A DNA stretch of 63,931 nt, filler included, from Octopus bimaculoides (lineage: Eukaryota), in NCBI RefSeq assembly GCF_001194135.2. It is 6 parts of 6 records of this genome, joined end to end, with 100 filler letters (N's around TTAATTAATTAA, not from the genome) between each part and the next. Parts side by side here need not be neighbours in the genome. Positions count along the whole stretch, not along the records: positions 1 to 10,570 come from NC_068982.1; positions 10,671 to 28,449 come from NC_068996.1; 4 more parts are not named here. The stretch is one strand, 5' to 3'. Shown piece by piece: positions 1 through 12,594 of this stretch. The position numbers and the translations under genes are program-made. Under the pieces are notes generated by a model that searched no databases, was not told the origin of the DNA, and saw nothing but the letters and a program-made list of their open reading frames with translations. Positions within the stretch are counted from its first letter, which is position 1. Each line of letters starts with the position of its first letter.

Positions 1-34
<34 letters not shown>

Positions 35-94
35 CCTACCTACCTACCTACCTACCTACCTGTCTGTCTGTCTGTCTATCTGTCTGTTTGTCTG

Positions 95-145
<51 letters not shown>

Positions 146-177
146 GTGTCTGTCAATCTGTCTATCTGTCTATCTAA
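1..177. repeat. compound tetranucleotide microsatellite (TATC/TACC/TGTC)n
   Basis: Direct tandem repeats seen in sequence. Confidence 0.95.
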
Positions 178-274
178 GTATTTATTTACCAACCCATTTA
201 TCTTTGTCTTTGCTTAGCTATATTTCTGCTTCTATCTTTAAAAATATACGAGCACAAATCATACACACGCAAAA

Positions 275-275
<1 letters not shown>

Positions 276-342
<67 letters not shown>
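276..342. repeat. (CA)n microsatellite
   Basis: Direct tandem repeat; source of the HT-repeat ORF 204..467. Confidence 0.95.
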
Positions 343-346
<4 letters not shown>

Positions 347-1754
347 ATTTATATATACACGAATCCATCACGGTAAGAGTTCGTTGTCTTACCTGTTTTT
401 ATACTTCAGTCAAAATGATAATTTTCATACTGTTTGCAATGTTATCTGTGAAAATGTATACCTATAGGCCACATGAGAATCCAGATCTTGAATGTAGATA
501 GAACTGCAAATTCTCGTGAAGCTCTCAGAACTTTAATTTGCCAATACATTTTAGCTTTTCTGCCGTTCACGCTCAATTAGTATTGTGTGTCATATTTTGC
601 GCTGATCATTTTCAAGTATACACGTTTCAAAGAAGAAACACAAACAAACAAAAAATTAACAGATGAAGCAGCTTTTGAATTTGTTACGTCCGTCTGTGAA
701 TGCAGATGTGATCCAAGCACGATAGTTTTCAGCTTCCCCTCTATTAATCACTTACTTCTAAATGATAATGTCTGAGTTTAAGAAGGTGAGACTGACACTA
801 GTTTTAATGCGTATGTCGCTGTCTGTGGGTTGTGATGCTAGTCTGCGGTGGTGACTAGTTGAGTTGATGAATGAAAATGTTTCTTGCGTTGCATGTAGAA
901 GTAACGGAACAGCAAAACAGAAGGATTTTATTATCGCAGATAAGGAGAAAATGCGTTGGCCTTTTACGGACACCAGCAACAATAATTACATACTGGGAGA
1001 GAGATATTGCAAGCTTACGGAAACATGTGGCTTGTCCAACATAACTAGAAATAATTGTGTTATATTCGTGGTGACAGAGGTTCCTGTCATCTGCCTACAC
1101 CATCCGTCTTAACTGCCTTCTTAGATCGTCTGGCTAGTAAAAATGAATGGTTTTTATAGGGAAACCGGAAATTAAATTCTAGAATGTTCGAGAAAATATG
1201 TCCACACCATCAGTTCATGCTGATTGGTCGGTTACTAAAGCGATCCGTGGAACTATGGTGGTTTGCTCGTAAACTCCGACCGTGTATCCAGGGATTCGAC
1301 TTTGAAACACCGCTACACATAATATAACGAACATCAACTTTCTACATGATGTCCAATAAATCGCTTATAAAACCATAAAGTGAAAAATAGATACTAAGGA
1401 AGACGAATTCATGTTGAATTTATACAATACGTTATAGCTAAGATATTCTGGCTTCATTTATTTTTATCGCTTCTTCATAAGAACAAACACGTTGCTTTCT
1501 TTGATTTCATCTGGTGTTGCCATATTGTATATCAGCTTCACTGTGTACTCTTTAGTCTAGCAACAGGTACATACAAATTAATACTCTACGTGCCAAGTAG
1601 TCCGACTTGATACTGCTGGATGTTTGCTTTACCATTCTCACTCGTATACCACCGCCCTATTTTCCAAGTACTGACTCTAGTGCACGTCGATGGGATGCAA
1701 AGCGATACCTTATTTGGTAGCATATTGCTTATCGAGGTGAGACGACTTTAATGT

Positions 1755-1880
1755 ATTCTTTTAGTTCTGTCTACCGAATCCATTCACTAGGCTTTGGTTG
1801 GTCCGAGGCTATAGTAGAAGACACTTTCCCAAGGTGGCGTATATTGGAATTGAACCGGGTACCACTGAATCCAAGCCCAT
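1755..1880 (-). mobile_element. degenerate fragment of tRNA-derived SINE family A
   Basis: Reverse complement resembles the intact copies at 40418 and 41680 (CCTTGGGAAAGTGTCTTCTACTATAGCCTCGGACC...). Confidence 0.7.
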
Positions 1881-2792
1881 ATGGTCGAGAAGCTCATCCC
1901 ACGCTCCAGTTATTAAGCAATTAATCATCAATCCGACCTGTAACTTCAAGATTGAGCTGTAAGAATTTATAACTGCAAGATTCCGAATAGTGTCCTGAAG
2001 ATTCCGAAGTGACTGTCTTAAGCTGATAGTCATGTTTGAAAAATGTTTCTTTGGACAGAATGCTAAGTTGGAAAATTTTCTTTGATTAGACACTAGCAGG
2101 TTCATTAAATATTCATAAGATTTAGTTAAATAGATGCAATTAGAATAAATATCCGCTTTAAAGACACAATGAAACCTCTTTAATCTATGAACTGCTAGTC
2201 TTATGCATGATCAACTGGTTTTATAACTATTGAAATTATTCTAATGAACTTTCTACCGTTTATACTTTTTGACCTTAAGCAGATCAAGATTTTATGGATA
2301 CAATTAATTGCTATTTAAAATTAATCGAAAACGTGTATAGCATTCAAATATCAGAAAATTAATTTCGTGGTTGCAATAGGACATTAATATTTATAGACAG
2401 AAGTCAGAAGAGTGAAAATTTGGGATATAGTATACAATGCTATATGTTTTTAAATCATTTAGTCTCGTCCATCTAAATTCTTTATTAAAATCTCAGACGA
2501 GTAGATTTCCTCCATGAACACACTAAAAGATAAGGCTCATATTTCTATCACTTTTCACATTTAAGCCCTACTTTAACCGAATATCGACTGTTACTTTAAC
2601 TCAATTTCATTTTGTCCTACAACTGCTATTTCATTTCCTTATCCCGATGCCTTGCCTTCCAAACATTTATGATCTTAAGGGAATATTTGGTCCCAGTCGT
2701 CACTGTTTAAAAAGTTTAAAAAGTTATTATACAGGGAGTTGAACCTGACATAAATTCGAGTGATTTGTTTACCTTGATTATATAAATATATT

Positions 2793-3026
2793 TATTCCTT
2801 TATTGCCCACAAGGGGCTAAACATAGAAGGGACAAACAAGGAGAGACAAAGGGATTAAGTCGATTACATCGACACCAGTGCGTAACTGGTACTTATTTAA
2901 TCGACCTCGAAAAGGGTGAAAGGCACAGTCAACCTCGGCGAAATTTGAACTCAGAACGTAACGGCAGATGAAATCCCGCTAAGCATTTCGCCCGGCATGC
3001 TAACGGTTCTGCCAGCTTGCTGCCCT
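2793..3026 (-). mobile_element. SINE family B, full length, with 16-bp TSD
   Basis: Matches copies at 9992 and 54586; B-box-like GAGTTCAAATT; flanked by ATTATATAAATATATT at 2777-2792 and 3027-3042. Confidence 0.9.
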
Positions 3027-3129
3027 ATTATATAAATATATTCTCTGACAAACATCTGGCTGATGATAATTACAACAATTAATTTATTTTTAAAAGATTC
3101 TACACAATGGACATTAACCGTTAATACTG

Positions 3130-3345
3130 ATTTCAAATTTTGGCACAAAGCCAGCAATTTTCAGGAAGAGGAGGTAAGTCAATGTAATCGACTCTCAGCG
3201 TGTAACTGGTACTTATTTTATCGACCCCGAGAGGATGAAAGGTAAAGTCGACTGCGGTGGAATTTGAACTGAGAACGTAAAAACAATTGAAATGTTGCTA
3301 AGTATTTTGTCCGGAGTGGCAACGATACTGCCATCTCGCCGTTTT
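3130..3345 (-). mobile_element. SINE family B, variant 3' end (B2)
   Basis: Shares the TCGAC...CCTTTCATCC...GGGGTCGATAAA...AAGTACCAG core with family B but has a different tail. Confidence 0.8.
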
Positions 3346-3399
3346 GCAGTAAACATTAATATTGGTAAAGAATAAGCTCAGGATAAGAAATCTCAGGAG

Positions 3400-3567
3400 T
3401 AATTTAACATTATACATTATTTACATTTGACGGATATTTGTCCTCATCTTGTTTGTTGCTACCACAACGTTTCGGCTGATATAACCTCCAGCCTTCATCA
3501 GGTGTCCTGGTAGAATTTTGAACCCAACCCTGGGTTGTCATTCCTAAGGTATTTTTTTGTTGATGAT

Positions 3568-3633
<66 letters not shown>

Positions 3634-3662
3634 TATTCAAGGCACTGTCTGGAATTGAACTA
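3400..3662 (-). mobile_element. tRNA-head/hammerhead repeat arm (head truncated)
   Basis: Tail near-identical to 14061-14260 and 24422-24570; (ATT)n spacer; only a B-box remnant of the head. Confidence 0.85.
3461..3506 (-). ncRNA. minimal type I hammerhead ribozyme motif
   Basis: Minus strand: GACAC CUGAUGA A GGCUG-loop-CAGCC GAAA C GUU|GUGGU. Core intact, 5-bp stem II, stem I has one mismatch, palindromic ACGU stem III. Confidence 0.7.
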
Positions 3663-4089
3663 GCAAAATAAAATAATGTGGTGAAGCCCTAAAGTTTTTG
3701 TGGATCTTCGGTAATCCGAAGAAATTGCTCTCATTAATTTCACAGTTACATAAGTAGTTTATTTCTTTATCTGCGAAAAAGTCTGGCTATTGGCTAATTA
3801 ATATTCTGACTTTCATTATTATTGTTTGTCTGAATTGCTTCTTTCTTTCTTATAATAGTTTTAGTTTAAGGAGGTGACTGGTAGAATCGTTAGCAGGCCG
3901 CTATCGGCATATAATGTTACTCTGAATACACTAAACACGTACAGCAGCCGCATCGCAACCTCTCTCTAAAGTTTTAATCACTCCGTGTTGAGCATCAAAG
4001 CATGCAGACATACATAGACATATACATAAACATATATATATGTATGTATTTTTGCCTTAAATATACATAAACATATACATACATATATG

Positions 4090-4290
4090 CATATATTCTC
4101 CATGATAGATCGTTAGCTACTAAACCTCTTTTATTTTCTCTCCTTGTTTATTTCTGTGTTCCTTTCTGTTAAAGAGCACAGGTTCGAAACGTAAAAGACA
4201 CTTTCACTTTCCGAGAGTTAGACTAATACATCTGTTTGTTGTTTACACACCCGTCTTTGTCTTTTGTTTTTTGTTTTTTGTAAATTCTCA
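4090..4290 (+). mobile_element. solo terminal repeat (pLTR-like) of a Penelope-like element, with degenerate hammerhead at 4162-4197
   Basis: Homologous to the reverse complement of 36130-36310; CUUU CUGUUAAA GAGC-ACAG-GUUC GAAA C GUA|AAAG. Confidence 0.65.
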
Positions 4291-4718
4291 CTATATATAT
4301 ATATATATATATTTACATACATACATATCAATGAAATTTCTTAGCAAACAATATAATTTCAACAAATATTAAATTCGTACAAATTTTATTACATTTACGC
4401 TTCTCGTTTCAGCACATATAATTTTACATTTGATTACACAATACGACCATAATGTACCAAACTTATACCAAATGCAACACTTCTCCAGCAACTTACATAT
4501 ATATATATATATATATAATGTTACTCAGGCGTACACAGGGATATAAATCTGAATTAAAAAAATATTATCGCAGTTTCTGAATACATAGAAATAATATTTA
4601 CTGAAAGTAAACAACTATAACCTCTCATATATCTTCTTTTTCTTCTTCTTTCATAAAAGAATACTCACTCACTCACTTAGGCACACATGTATATACGTTA
4701 GTGTGTGTTTGTCTCTGC

Positions 4719-4783
4719 CTGTATGTATGTATGTATGTATGTATGTATGTATGTATGTATGTATGTATGTATGTATGTATGTA

Positions 4784-4814
<31 letters not shown>

Positions 4815-4966
4815 ATGTATGTGTGTATGTATGTGTGTGTATGTATGTATATATGTATGTATGTATGTGTGTGTGTGTATGTATGTATGTATGTATGTAT
4901 GTATGTATGTGTGTATGTATGTGTGTATGTATGTGTGTGTATGTATGTATATATGTATGTATGTAT
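4719..4966. repeat. (TATG)n/(TG)n compound microsatellite
   Basis: Direct tandem repeat. Confidence 0.95.
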
Positions 4967-5130
4967 AGTGAATGGGGAAAGCTTAATCTGCAATGTTTGC
5001 AGTCGTGTATGCTTATCAAGAGCAGGGCTCATTAGCCACCAACGGAGCCGTAAATGCAAAATGTAAATTAGTACTAGAGCGCAGAATGTTCCTGAAGTTC
5101 GGCAATGGAGTGGACGGCCATTATCATCAT
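4967..5130 (+). mobile_element. 3' fragment of an RTE-clade LINE
   Basis: Encodes LICNVCSRVCLSRAGLISHQRSRKCKM*, a C2H2-like finger typical of RTE ORF C-termini; short 3' UTR ends in (CAT)n. Confidence 0.65.
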
Positions 5131-5719
5131 GTATTATGTATGTATGTATGTATGTATGCGTGTCAGATCTTTCACAAATGCTATTGGAAACATAGAGTCC
5201 AGTAAAATCTGTTGCATTGTCGGGTAGACGGCGGCAAAACTCCTACCCCTACCATGCTTGCCTAGTGAGTACGGTTGCTAGACTAATAACATGATAACCA
5301 GTCAGAAGGACTGATGAATCCAATGTAGGTTCAACGAATATCTAACAATAGTCCGGGTCAACAGAAATTCCGAGTTGACGTTTAGTGTGTAAGAAGACGT
5401 TTGAGTGTGAGACACCCCTCACCTTTTGTTAAAGCATTTCTCTAGGAGAGGGTTACTCTGATATAAAACTGAACATAAAGGGAATGCCATGGGACGTTTT
5501 TGCATATCTTCTTTTGCATATCTTCTTTTGCGTTTGAGTTCATGGCACTCCCATATTCTTGAGCTTGCGACTGCTTTATCTTGTCTCTGAATCATGCCAG
5601 TAGGGTAGAGAGGAACTCTGAGATTGTAAGCCTTATTAGAGCTACAATTTTGCATACGCATTGCTTCGCTAGTGCTCGCCAAACTCGTCTATGAGTTCAT
5701 AATCATCGTGCATGCATAT

Positions 5720-6212
5720 ACAAGGTGTTCGCATTAAATTTGACACTTTGCGCAAAAGGAAAAGGAAACACAATATTCCATTCAAAAATAATGGTAACGT
5801 TTAAAATGTCAAAAAATATCAACTAGATTATGACTAGAAGATAACTGTTTACGCAAAATAGCCGCAATCAGCTTTCGCTATGACCTGAACACTGCTCTGG
5901 AACTAAACGCACGTGTTCGTTGGAAAATCTTTCTTTCGATGATGATCTTTAAACACACTCTCTCAATCTTGGCCATCAGCTTGGTCCTGATGTTGTAGGC
6001 AGAGCAGTTGGTGCATTTCGCAGCACACAGAATAATCGGGGGAATTGGGTTGGTGAAGTCATAGAGATTCTTCGACAACCACTTCTGAGTTTTCCAGATG
6101 TGTAGCAAGGACCGTTACTACTGCCACACATATAGCCTTCTAACAGTGACCTTCTCCAGTCAGTGTTTGATCATGCGCTGCAACAGCTTCGTATAGCTGT
6201 TTGAATTGAGCC
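5720..6212 (-). mobile_element. maT-like (Tc1/mariner DD37D) transposon fragment, degenerate
   Basis: Frameshifted peptides [28 protein letters not shown] and ELMAKI..RFRS, homologous to 6505-7376. Confidence 0.7.
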
Positions 6213-6299
6213 TATGTATATATATATATATATATATTTGTGTGTGTGTGTGTCTGTATTTATATATATGTATGTATATGTAAATATATATGTATCTGT

Positions 6300-6376
<77 letters not shown>

Positions 6377-6418
6377 NNNNNNNNNNNNNNNNNNNNNNNN
6401 NNNNNNNNNNNNNNNNNN

Positions 6419-6455
<37 letters not shown>

Positions 6456-6504
6456 ATATGTATATATATATATATATATCTATATTTATACATTTATATA
6501 TTTA

Positions 6505-7376
6505 CAGGGTACGGTGAATATATTGTCGTCTAAATTACGCAAAAATGAAAATAACACTGACATCTCATTTTAACTGATATATTTACCAAAATTACATAAA
6601 AATATCTTGAAATAACTAAAAGAGTAAATTTATTCAATAAAATCGCCATTGGCTTCAACCACGGCCTCCAGAGGTCTTTGGAATCTCCTGCAACTCTTCT
6701 GGAAGGTTCTCCTTGTTTAAGTTGGTGAATGCTGCCATAATCCTTGCCTTCAATTCATCTTTGTCTCTCGCTCAACTGCGCCGCACACATAATATAATGA
6801 AGAGGATTCCAGTGTGGCGTCTTAGGTGGCCAGATGTTAGGGGTGATGTGATCACAAAAATTGTATGACATCCATGACTGGGTTCTCTTGCTTGCGAGGC
6901 ATGGTGCAGAGACCTGTTGCCAGACATAGGGTCTTCTAGCAGCCACCATCTAGACCCAGGGCAGCACTACCTCCTCCAGGCACTTGATGTAGGCTTCTGT
7001 GTTGAGTCTGAGGTTGTGTAAGAAGATCAATGCAGACATAACGTCGCCATCACTAGTGATCACTCCAAACACCATGATGTTGACTGGATGTTTGATTTTT
7101 TATCACTCTCGGTACATGTTTTGGGGACACGGCAAGCCAACGGTTGTTCTATGTGTTCACCATCTGTTCGTATTGGAGTCTTCGGCACGAATGCCAAGCA
7201 GCACAACTGTCTTTTCCAAATTTCTGGCAGAGTGAATTGCGTCATTGTGCTGTTTTTGTTACAGACGGTGCCTACCTCACCCTACTATACTGTGTAGTCC
7301 ACAGAATCAAAAACAACCATTGAGCATGCGCAAAATTAAAAATATAATATGATGACAATTCATACATCGCATCCTG
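6505..7376 (-). mobile_element. maT-like (DD37D) transposon, internally deleted, both TIRs present
   Basis: Imperfect TIRs CAGGGTACGGTGAATATATTGTC / CAGGATGCGATGTATGAATTGTC, each flanked by TA; peptide YVWQQ[V]SAPC..WPPKTPHWNPL[H]Y has 37 residues between the two (mutated) Asp positions. Confidence 0.85.
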
Positions 7377-7378
7377 TA

Positions 7379-7425
7379 CATTATTTAGATTATTTATATT
7401 TGATGGATATTTGTCATCTTGTTTG

Positions 7426-7460
<35 letters not shown>

Positions 7461-7566
7461 GTTGTTGTTGTTGTTCAGGTCATCGCTTGGAATCGAACTC
7501 GGAATCTTGGGGTTAGTAGCCCGCGCTCTTAACCACTACGCCATATGCCCGTGGGCATATGGCGTA
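7379..7566 (-). mobile_element. tRNA-head/hammerhead repeat arm with hammerhead deleted; central palindrome retained
   Basis: A box TGGCGTAGTGG and B box GAGTTCGATTCC on - strand; centre TACGCCATATGCCC-GT-GGGCATATGGCGTA is a perfect 14-bp inverted repeat. Confidence 0.85.
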
Positions 7567-7594
7567 CTGGGGAAAATAATAATCGCAATAATAA

Positions 7595-7915
7595 TTGAAT
7601 GAGTCACGGTCATAGGATCGTGGTTTCGATTCTCAGAGTGGGCGTTGTGAGTGTTTATTGAGCTAAAACACGCCAGGGTGTGGTGGCGAACCCTGCTGTA
7701 CTCTTTCACCACAACTTTCTCTCATTCTTTCTTCCTCTTTCTGTTGTACCTGTATTTCAAAGGGCCGGCCTTATCATACTCTGTGTCACGCTGAATCTCC
7801 CAGAGAACTACGTTAAGGGTACACGTGTCTGTTAACTTGCACGTTAATTTCACGAGCAGGCTCTACCGCTGATCGGATCAACTGGAACCCTCTTCGTCGT
7901 AACCGACGGAATACC
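7595..7915 (+). mobile_element. dispersed SINE-like repeat family C
   Basis: 5' part similar to 43919-44200; 3' part similar to the reverse complement of 56125-56360. Confidence 0.7.
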
Positions 7916-8879
7916 GTAATAGATTACTGATATTTGAAGAAGAACAGAGAAATTAACAACAAACACATCAAGTCTAATGGTTATTTAATAAGTGTTACAA
8001 ATAATTGCAATAGTGGAGGATCCCAAAATTGCCCGTCACGTGTCCATTGCTTGCAATATAAAGTTGTTTATAGATGCACTTTTACATCGAGGCGCGAAGT
8101 TCTAGAGAAAGTTTTATTGAATATCCCACTGATTTGAAATAACAATGGTTAGCTCATGTCCGTTCATTTTTTTATAATATTAACGGCAAAACTTCCACGT
8201 CATTAGTAAATTATATCCATTACTTCAAGGCTAATAACATTCTATGTAATATTACTTGGTCTATTATTAGGACTGAAAGACTTTAATAAGATGGTTGCAC
8301 TACATGCAATCTGTTCAGCAGGCAATATCAGGGAATATTAAAGTGAGAATAGAAATTCTCCGTAACAAAGTGTTTGGTGAAATAACATTCTGCGGGCATC
8401 GATTTAAAAAAAAAATATCTAATTACATTTTACCACAAGCCAATACTCTCCAATCGTCTTCGGTAACTATCAGCCAACATTTATACGTAACATCCTTGTC
8501 CTAGATTCAATATACTTTCCTTCATCTATTGGCATGTATAAATTGGACCTGTTATAATTACGGCATTCTTATATTTTTATGATATCTTATTCTCAAAATT
8601 TCTGTTTATAGTTATCCAATAATCTTTTTCATTGGCATTATAAATTTTCTAATTTACTTTGTATTCTTCATTTTTATCTACTTATTAATTTATTTCCTTG
8701 CCCGTCTTCTTTTTTTTTTTTTCTTTACACTTTTCTTGCGGTTCCTGTCTTATTAGGCCAACAAATTTATGCTATGGTAAGGACACCATAAGTTTAACTG
8801 CCACTCACTTTGTGATGCCCAGTGGGTTTTCTCCGTTCTTTAGTTTTCTTTTTCTTTCTTTCTGGGAATTATCTTCTGT

Positions 8880-9760
8880 CAAAGTCAGTCACTGAACTTT
8901 GACCTCGTTGATATCCAGCAGGCGACCTGGGGACTGTCCACAAGCCCTCATCACCATCTCCCGTTTTAAGCCCCTGAATGCCCTGGTCATCCTGGCCCTC
9001 AACTCGTCCTTCGTATTGCGGCTAGATTTGTTGGTCTCTCGAGGGGTTGCTGTCAGACGAGTTGGGAGGCCAAATATCAGGTGCTGTGTGATCGAAGAAA
9101 ATCTGCGACAACCAGGCCTAAGATTTCCGGGTGGTGGGGCAGGGCGTAAAGTCTTGATGCTAAACGTAGCCCCACCCCACTGCATCTATCCGGCTTATCC
9201 AGATTTTCATCACCTCAGTCAGGACGCAGATGTAGCCATCGGGGATTAACCTGAGGCTCTCATGAAAGAAGTGGGGATTGCATGACGTCACCGAAGACCA
9301 GATCATGATTATCGCTGGAAATTTCGTCTCCAAGATTTCTGGCAACGTCCTTTGGTGAGGCAGCAAACCCCCTGTTGTTCTGAGAGTTCATCTTCTGATC
9401 TTAGTAGAAATTCTTCACATCGAAGAACCAGCGGGTGTTTCATCATAATGAACAGCTTCGTGTGCTCGAGTCACTTTTCCTTCAACGCCTGGAACAAAAA
9501 TTGTCGCTTCCTCATTTTCTATGAAAAGTAGCGAATATTTTCATGCACCACCAACCTCATGAGCATTTTGTCCACACCTTTCTCCGTACAATCGCGTGCA
9601 TTGATTGCTGGGATCATTGTTGATGATCTGGATTTCAGCGACAAATTCCGTCAGCAGATCGTCGATCACGGATTTTCCTCTTTGCTGTCGCCTAGTAGCC
9701 AAATCCTGAATCTTCCAGCTTCTTTCTGACCTTTTTTACCATATTTTTGCCGACGTTGAG
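8880..9760 (-). mobile_element. maT-like (DD37D) transposon, degenerate
   Basis: Peptides KFPAIIMIWSSVTS and HQDFTPCPTTRKSQAWLSQIFFDHTAPDIWPPNSSDSNP, with stops and frameshifts. Confidence 0.75.
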
Positions 9761-9991
9761 GAAATCTGAAATCTTGTTTGTCCTTCCGACGCGGATTCCC
9801 ACAAATTACGGCTTCAAAATTTTATAGTGCTATTATTCTGCACAAAATATAAAGCAAAAATAATTATTTTTAGGATGAAAAAAAAAAAAAAACCGACAAC
9901 GAAAGTAAAAAAAAATGCGTAAAATTATCACTTGAAAATTGCGAACGAATATCGGCCTCTCTTATACTGTTAATAAATACTATGTTAAAGT

Positions 9992-10405
9992 GGCGAGCTG
10001 GCAGAAACGTTAGCACGCCGGGCGAGATGTTTAACGTATTTCGTCTGCCATTACGTTGTGAGTTCAAATTCCGCCGAGGTCGACTTCGCCTTTCATCCTT
10101 TCGGGGTCGATTAAATAAGTACTAGTTATGCACTGAGGTCGATGTAATCGGCTTAATCCCTTTGTCAGTCTTTGTCCCCTCTATGTTTAGCCCCTTGCGG
10201 GCAATAAAGAAATAAGAAACATTAGCACGCTTAGCGGTATTTCGTCTGTCTTTACGTTCTCAGTACAACTCCCCCCGAGATCAATTTTGCCTTTAATCCT
10301 TTCGGGTTCGGTAAATTAAGTATCAGTTGTATACTCGGGTCAACCTAATCGACTGGGTTCCTTCTCCAAAATTTCGGGTCAAGTGCCGAGAGTAGAAATG
10401 TAATA
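9992..10405 (+). mobile_element. SINE family B (9992-10219) followed by a B2 copy (about 10220-10405)
   Basis: GGCGAGCTGGCAGAAACGTTAGCACG head, B box GAGTTCAAATTCC, shared core; second core copy follows immediately. Confidence 0.9.
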
Positions 10406-10570
10406 GCTGAACTATAAACTTGATTCGGATTTTACAATATAATTTAAAAAACAGAACCTAGCTTCTAGAGCAATATATTTTATGGAGTATATCATAATGT
10501 ATTTCATAGGAAGAAATGATTTTATAAAGTACAACATACTTTTACCCTTTAGCATATATATATATATATA

Positions 10571-10670
10571 NNNNNNNNNNNNNNNNNNNNNNNNNNNNNN
10601 NNNNNNNNNNNNNNTTAATTAATTAANNNNNNNNNNNNNNNNNNNNNNNNNNNNNNNNNNNNNNNNNNNN
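10571..10670. other. assembly gap spacer 44N-TTAATTAATTAA-44N (also at 28450, 31925, 39156, 62514)
   Basis: The same 12-mer, with stops in all six frames, sits centred in N runs at five places. Confidence 0.9.
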
Positions 10671-10712
<42 letters not shown>

Positions 10713-11383
10713 GGATATTATTGTTATTGCTATATTTAGTATTTCTATTATTATTGCCTACACGGTTTCATTATGTTTATTCTACTGGATAATCACTACC
10801 GTATGCTTTCATGTGAATGCAGCCCAAGTGTATACGAATGTATGTATGTGTGTTTGAACGCAGATATGCATATATGAATGTAAGCATATATGTATGTTTG
10901 TGTGTCTATGTATGTTTAAGTACATGCTTGCATACGCATATCTGGATGCATGCATGATTACATGTAATATTGTAAGCATGATTATTTATATATATGTTTA
11001 TGTTTGTATGTGTGTGTCTGTATATCTGTGTACGTATATCTATCTGTACAGAAATACGGCCACATATGTACTTACATACGAATATTAAATTTAAGTTGTA
11101 CGCAATGTGCAATTGTAACACATTTGAGCAGTCTAACAGTCCTTTATAGTGAATATAATAAACATGCACGTGCCCAGTGTGTGTGCATGTTTGTGGTATA
11201 TATTTGTGTGTTGCATTATGATGAAAATACCAGATAATTTAAGATTAAGTGTAATATTTTCGCAATAAGACTGATTATTACTTTTAAAGAGAAAATATAA
11301 AAAGGATATAAATATACTCTATCAAGTACAGGGGTTTAAAAATGTATCAACCTTAGTATACTTTTAGAATCAGAAACTTCAGA

Positions 11384-11450
<67 letters not shown>

Positions 11451-11750
11451 GTGAAAGAAGAAGAAAAAATAAGCAACTATGACGATTTGAAGTGAGAAAT
11501 ACGAAGGTTGTGGTGAATGAAGAGCGTAAACGTGATACCAATAATAATTGGTGCAGTTGGAAGTATCAGCACTCAACTACCAACAAGGCCGAAAAAGATT
11601 GGTGCAAGTGTGAAGGAAAAACATCTACAAAAATCAGCATTGCTTGGAAATGCAAGGGTTCTTGAAGCATGTCCAGTAAACAAGTGTCACCTTAGTCTGC
11701 TGGCTGTGGACACTTTCCGTTATACTCAGCAAAATAAGCTGTGAGTTTTC

Positions 11751-11752
<2 letters not shown>
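11451..11752 (+). mobile_element. 3' fragment of an RLE-type non-LTR retrotransposon (R4/Dong-like or related clade)
   Basis: EKISNYDDLK*EIRRLW*MKSVNVIPIIIGAVG..LQKSALLGNARVL resembles the RLE C-terminus; (TAA)n on both sides. Confidence 0.75.
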
Positions 11753-11781
<29 letters not shown>

Positions 11782-11782
<1 letters not shown>

Positions 11783-11972
11783 GTACAAGGCCTGAAATTT
11801 GGAGGGAGATGACTAGTCGACTACATCGACCCCAGTGTTCAACTGGTATTTAATTTATCGACCCCGAAAGAATAAAAGGCAAAGTCGACCTCGACGGAAT
11901 TTGAACTCAGAACGTAGCAATACCACTAAGAATTTCGTCCAGGGTGCTAACAACTCTGCCAGCTCACCGCCT
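11782..11972 (-). mobile_element. SINE family B2
   Basis: Family core present, CpGs retained. Confidence 0.85.
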
Positions 11973-12059
11973 TAATTAATTAATTAGTTGATTAATAATA
12001 ATAAAAATAACAACAACAACAACAACAACAATAATAATAAATAAATAATTAAATAAAAA

Positions 12060-12514
12060 CCAAATAATGAAAACAAATCCTAATACTAAATGCAGAATGT
12101 AAGCAGTTATATCCATTGGACAATGTACCGATATTACAACAATAAAATTGACAATAAGTGATATGAAGATGTGCCAAACAAAGTACAAGACACCGACCAG
12201 GCCACAGTCATCTGGGATATGCCGTCTTGAAACCGACAAAGAAAAGCCCAGACATAAAAATCAAGGATTGGGAAAATATACCTGATAACTGATAGACATT
12301 GAATTCCCTTCAGGTCAGAACATTGTGCAAACGGAGGTAGAAAAAATTGTCGAAGTACAATGACCTCGAAATTGAGGTATTCAAGATGTGGGGCATGAAG
12401 GTGGGAACAATACCAATAATAATTGGAACACTAGGCATGATAAAAAAATCATATGAACAAAAACGTAGAAGCTATACCTGGATCTTCAACACAACACATC
12501 AAATGTTGAACACT

Positions 12515-12517
<3 letters not shown>
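12060..12517 (+). mobile_element. 3' fragment of an RLE-type non-LTR retrotransposon
   Basis: VIWDMP..PDIKIKD..LIDIEFPSGQNI..SKYNDLEIEVFKMWGMKVGTIPIIIGTLG; (AAC/AAT)n upstream and (TAA)n downstream. Confidence 0.75.

Positions 12518-12594
<77 letters not shown>

Noticed and set aside
4669-5066. ORFs rich in HT/YI/CV/MY repeats here and throughout the track
   Set aside because: They are translations of di- and tetranucleotide microsatellites.
5311-5340. CTGATGAA hammerhead-like start
   Set aside because: No properly placed GAAA and no stem I or III pairing.
10615-10626. Recurrent TTAATTAATTAA motif
   Set aside because: It sits centred in N runs at five places (44 N each side where counted), so it is a scaffolding linker rather than biology.
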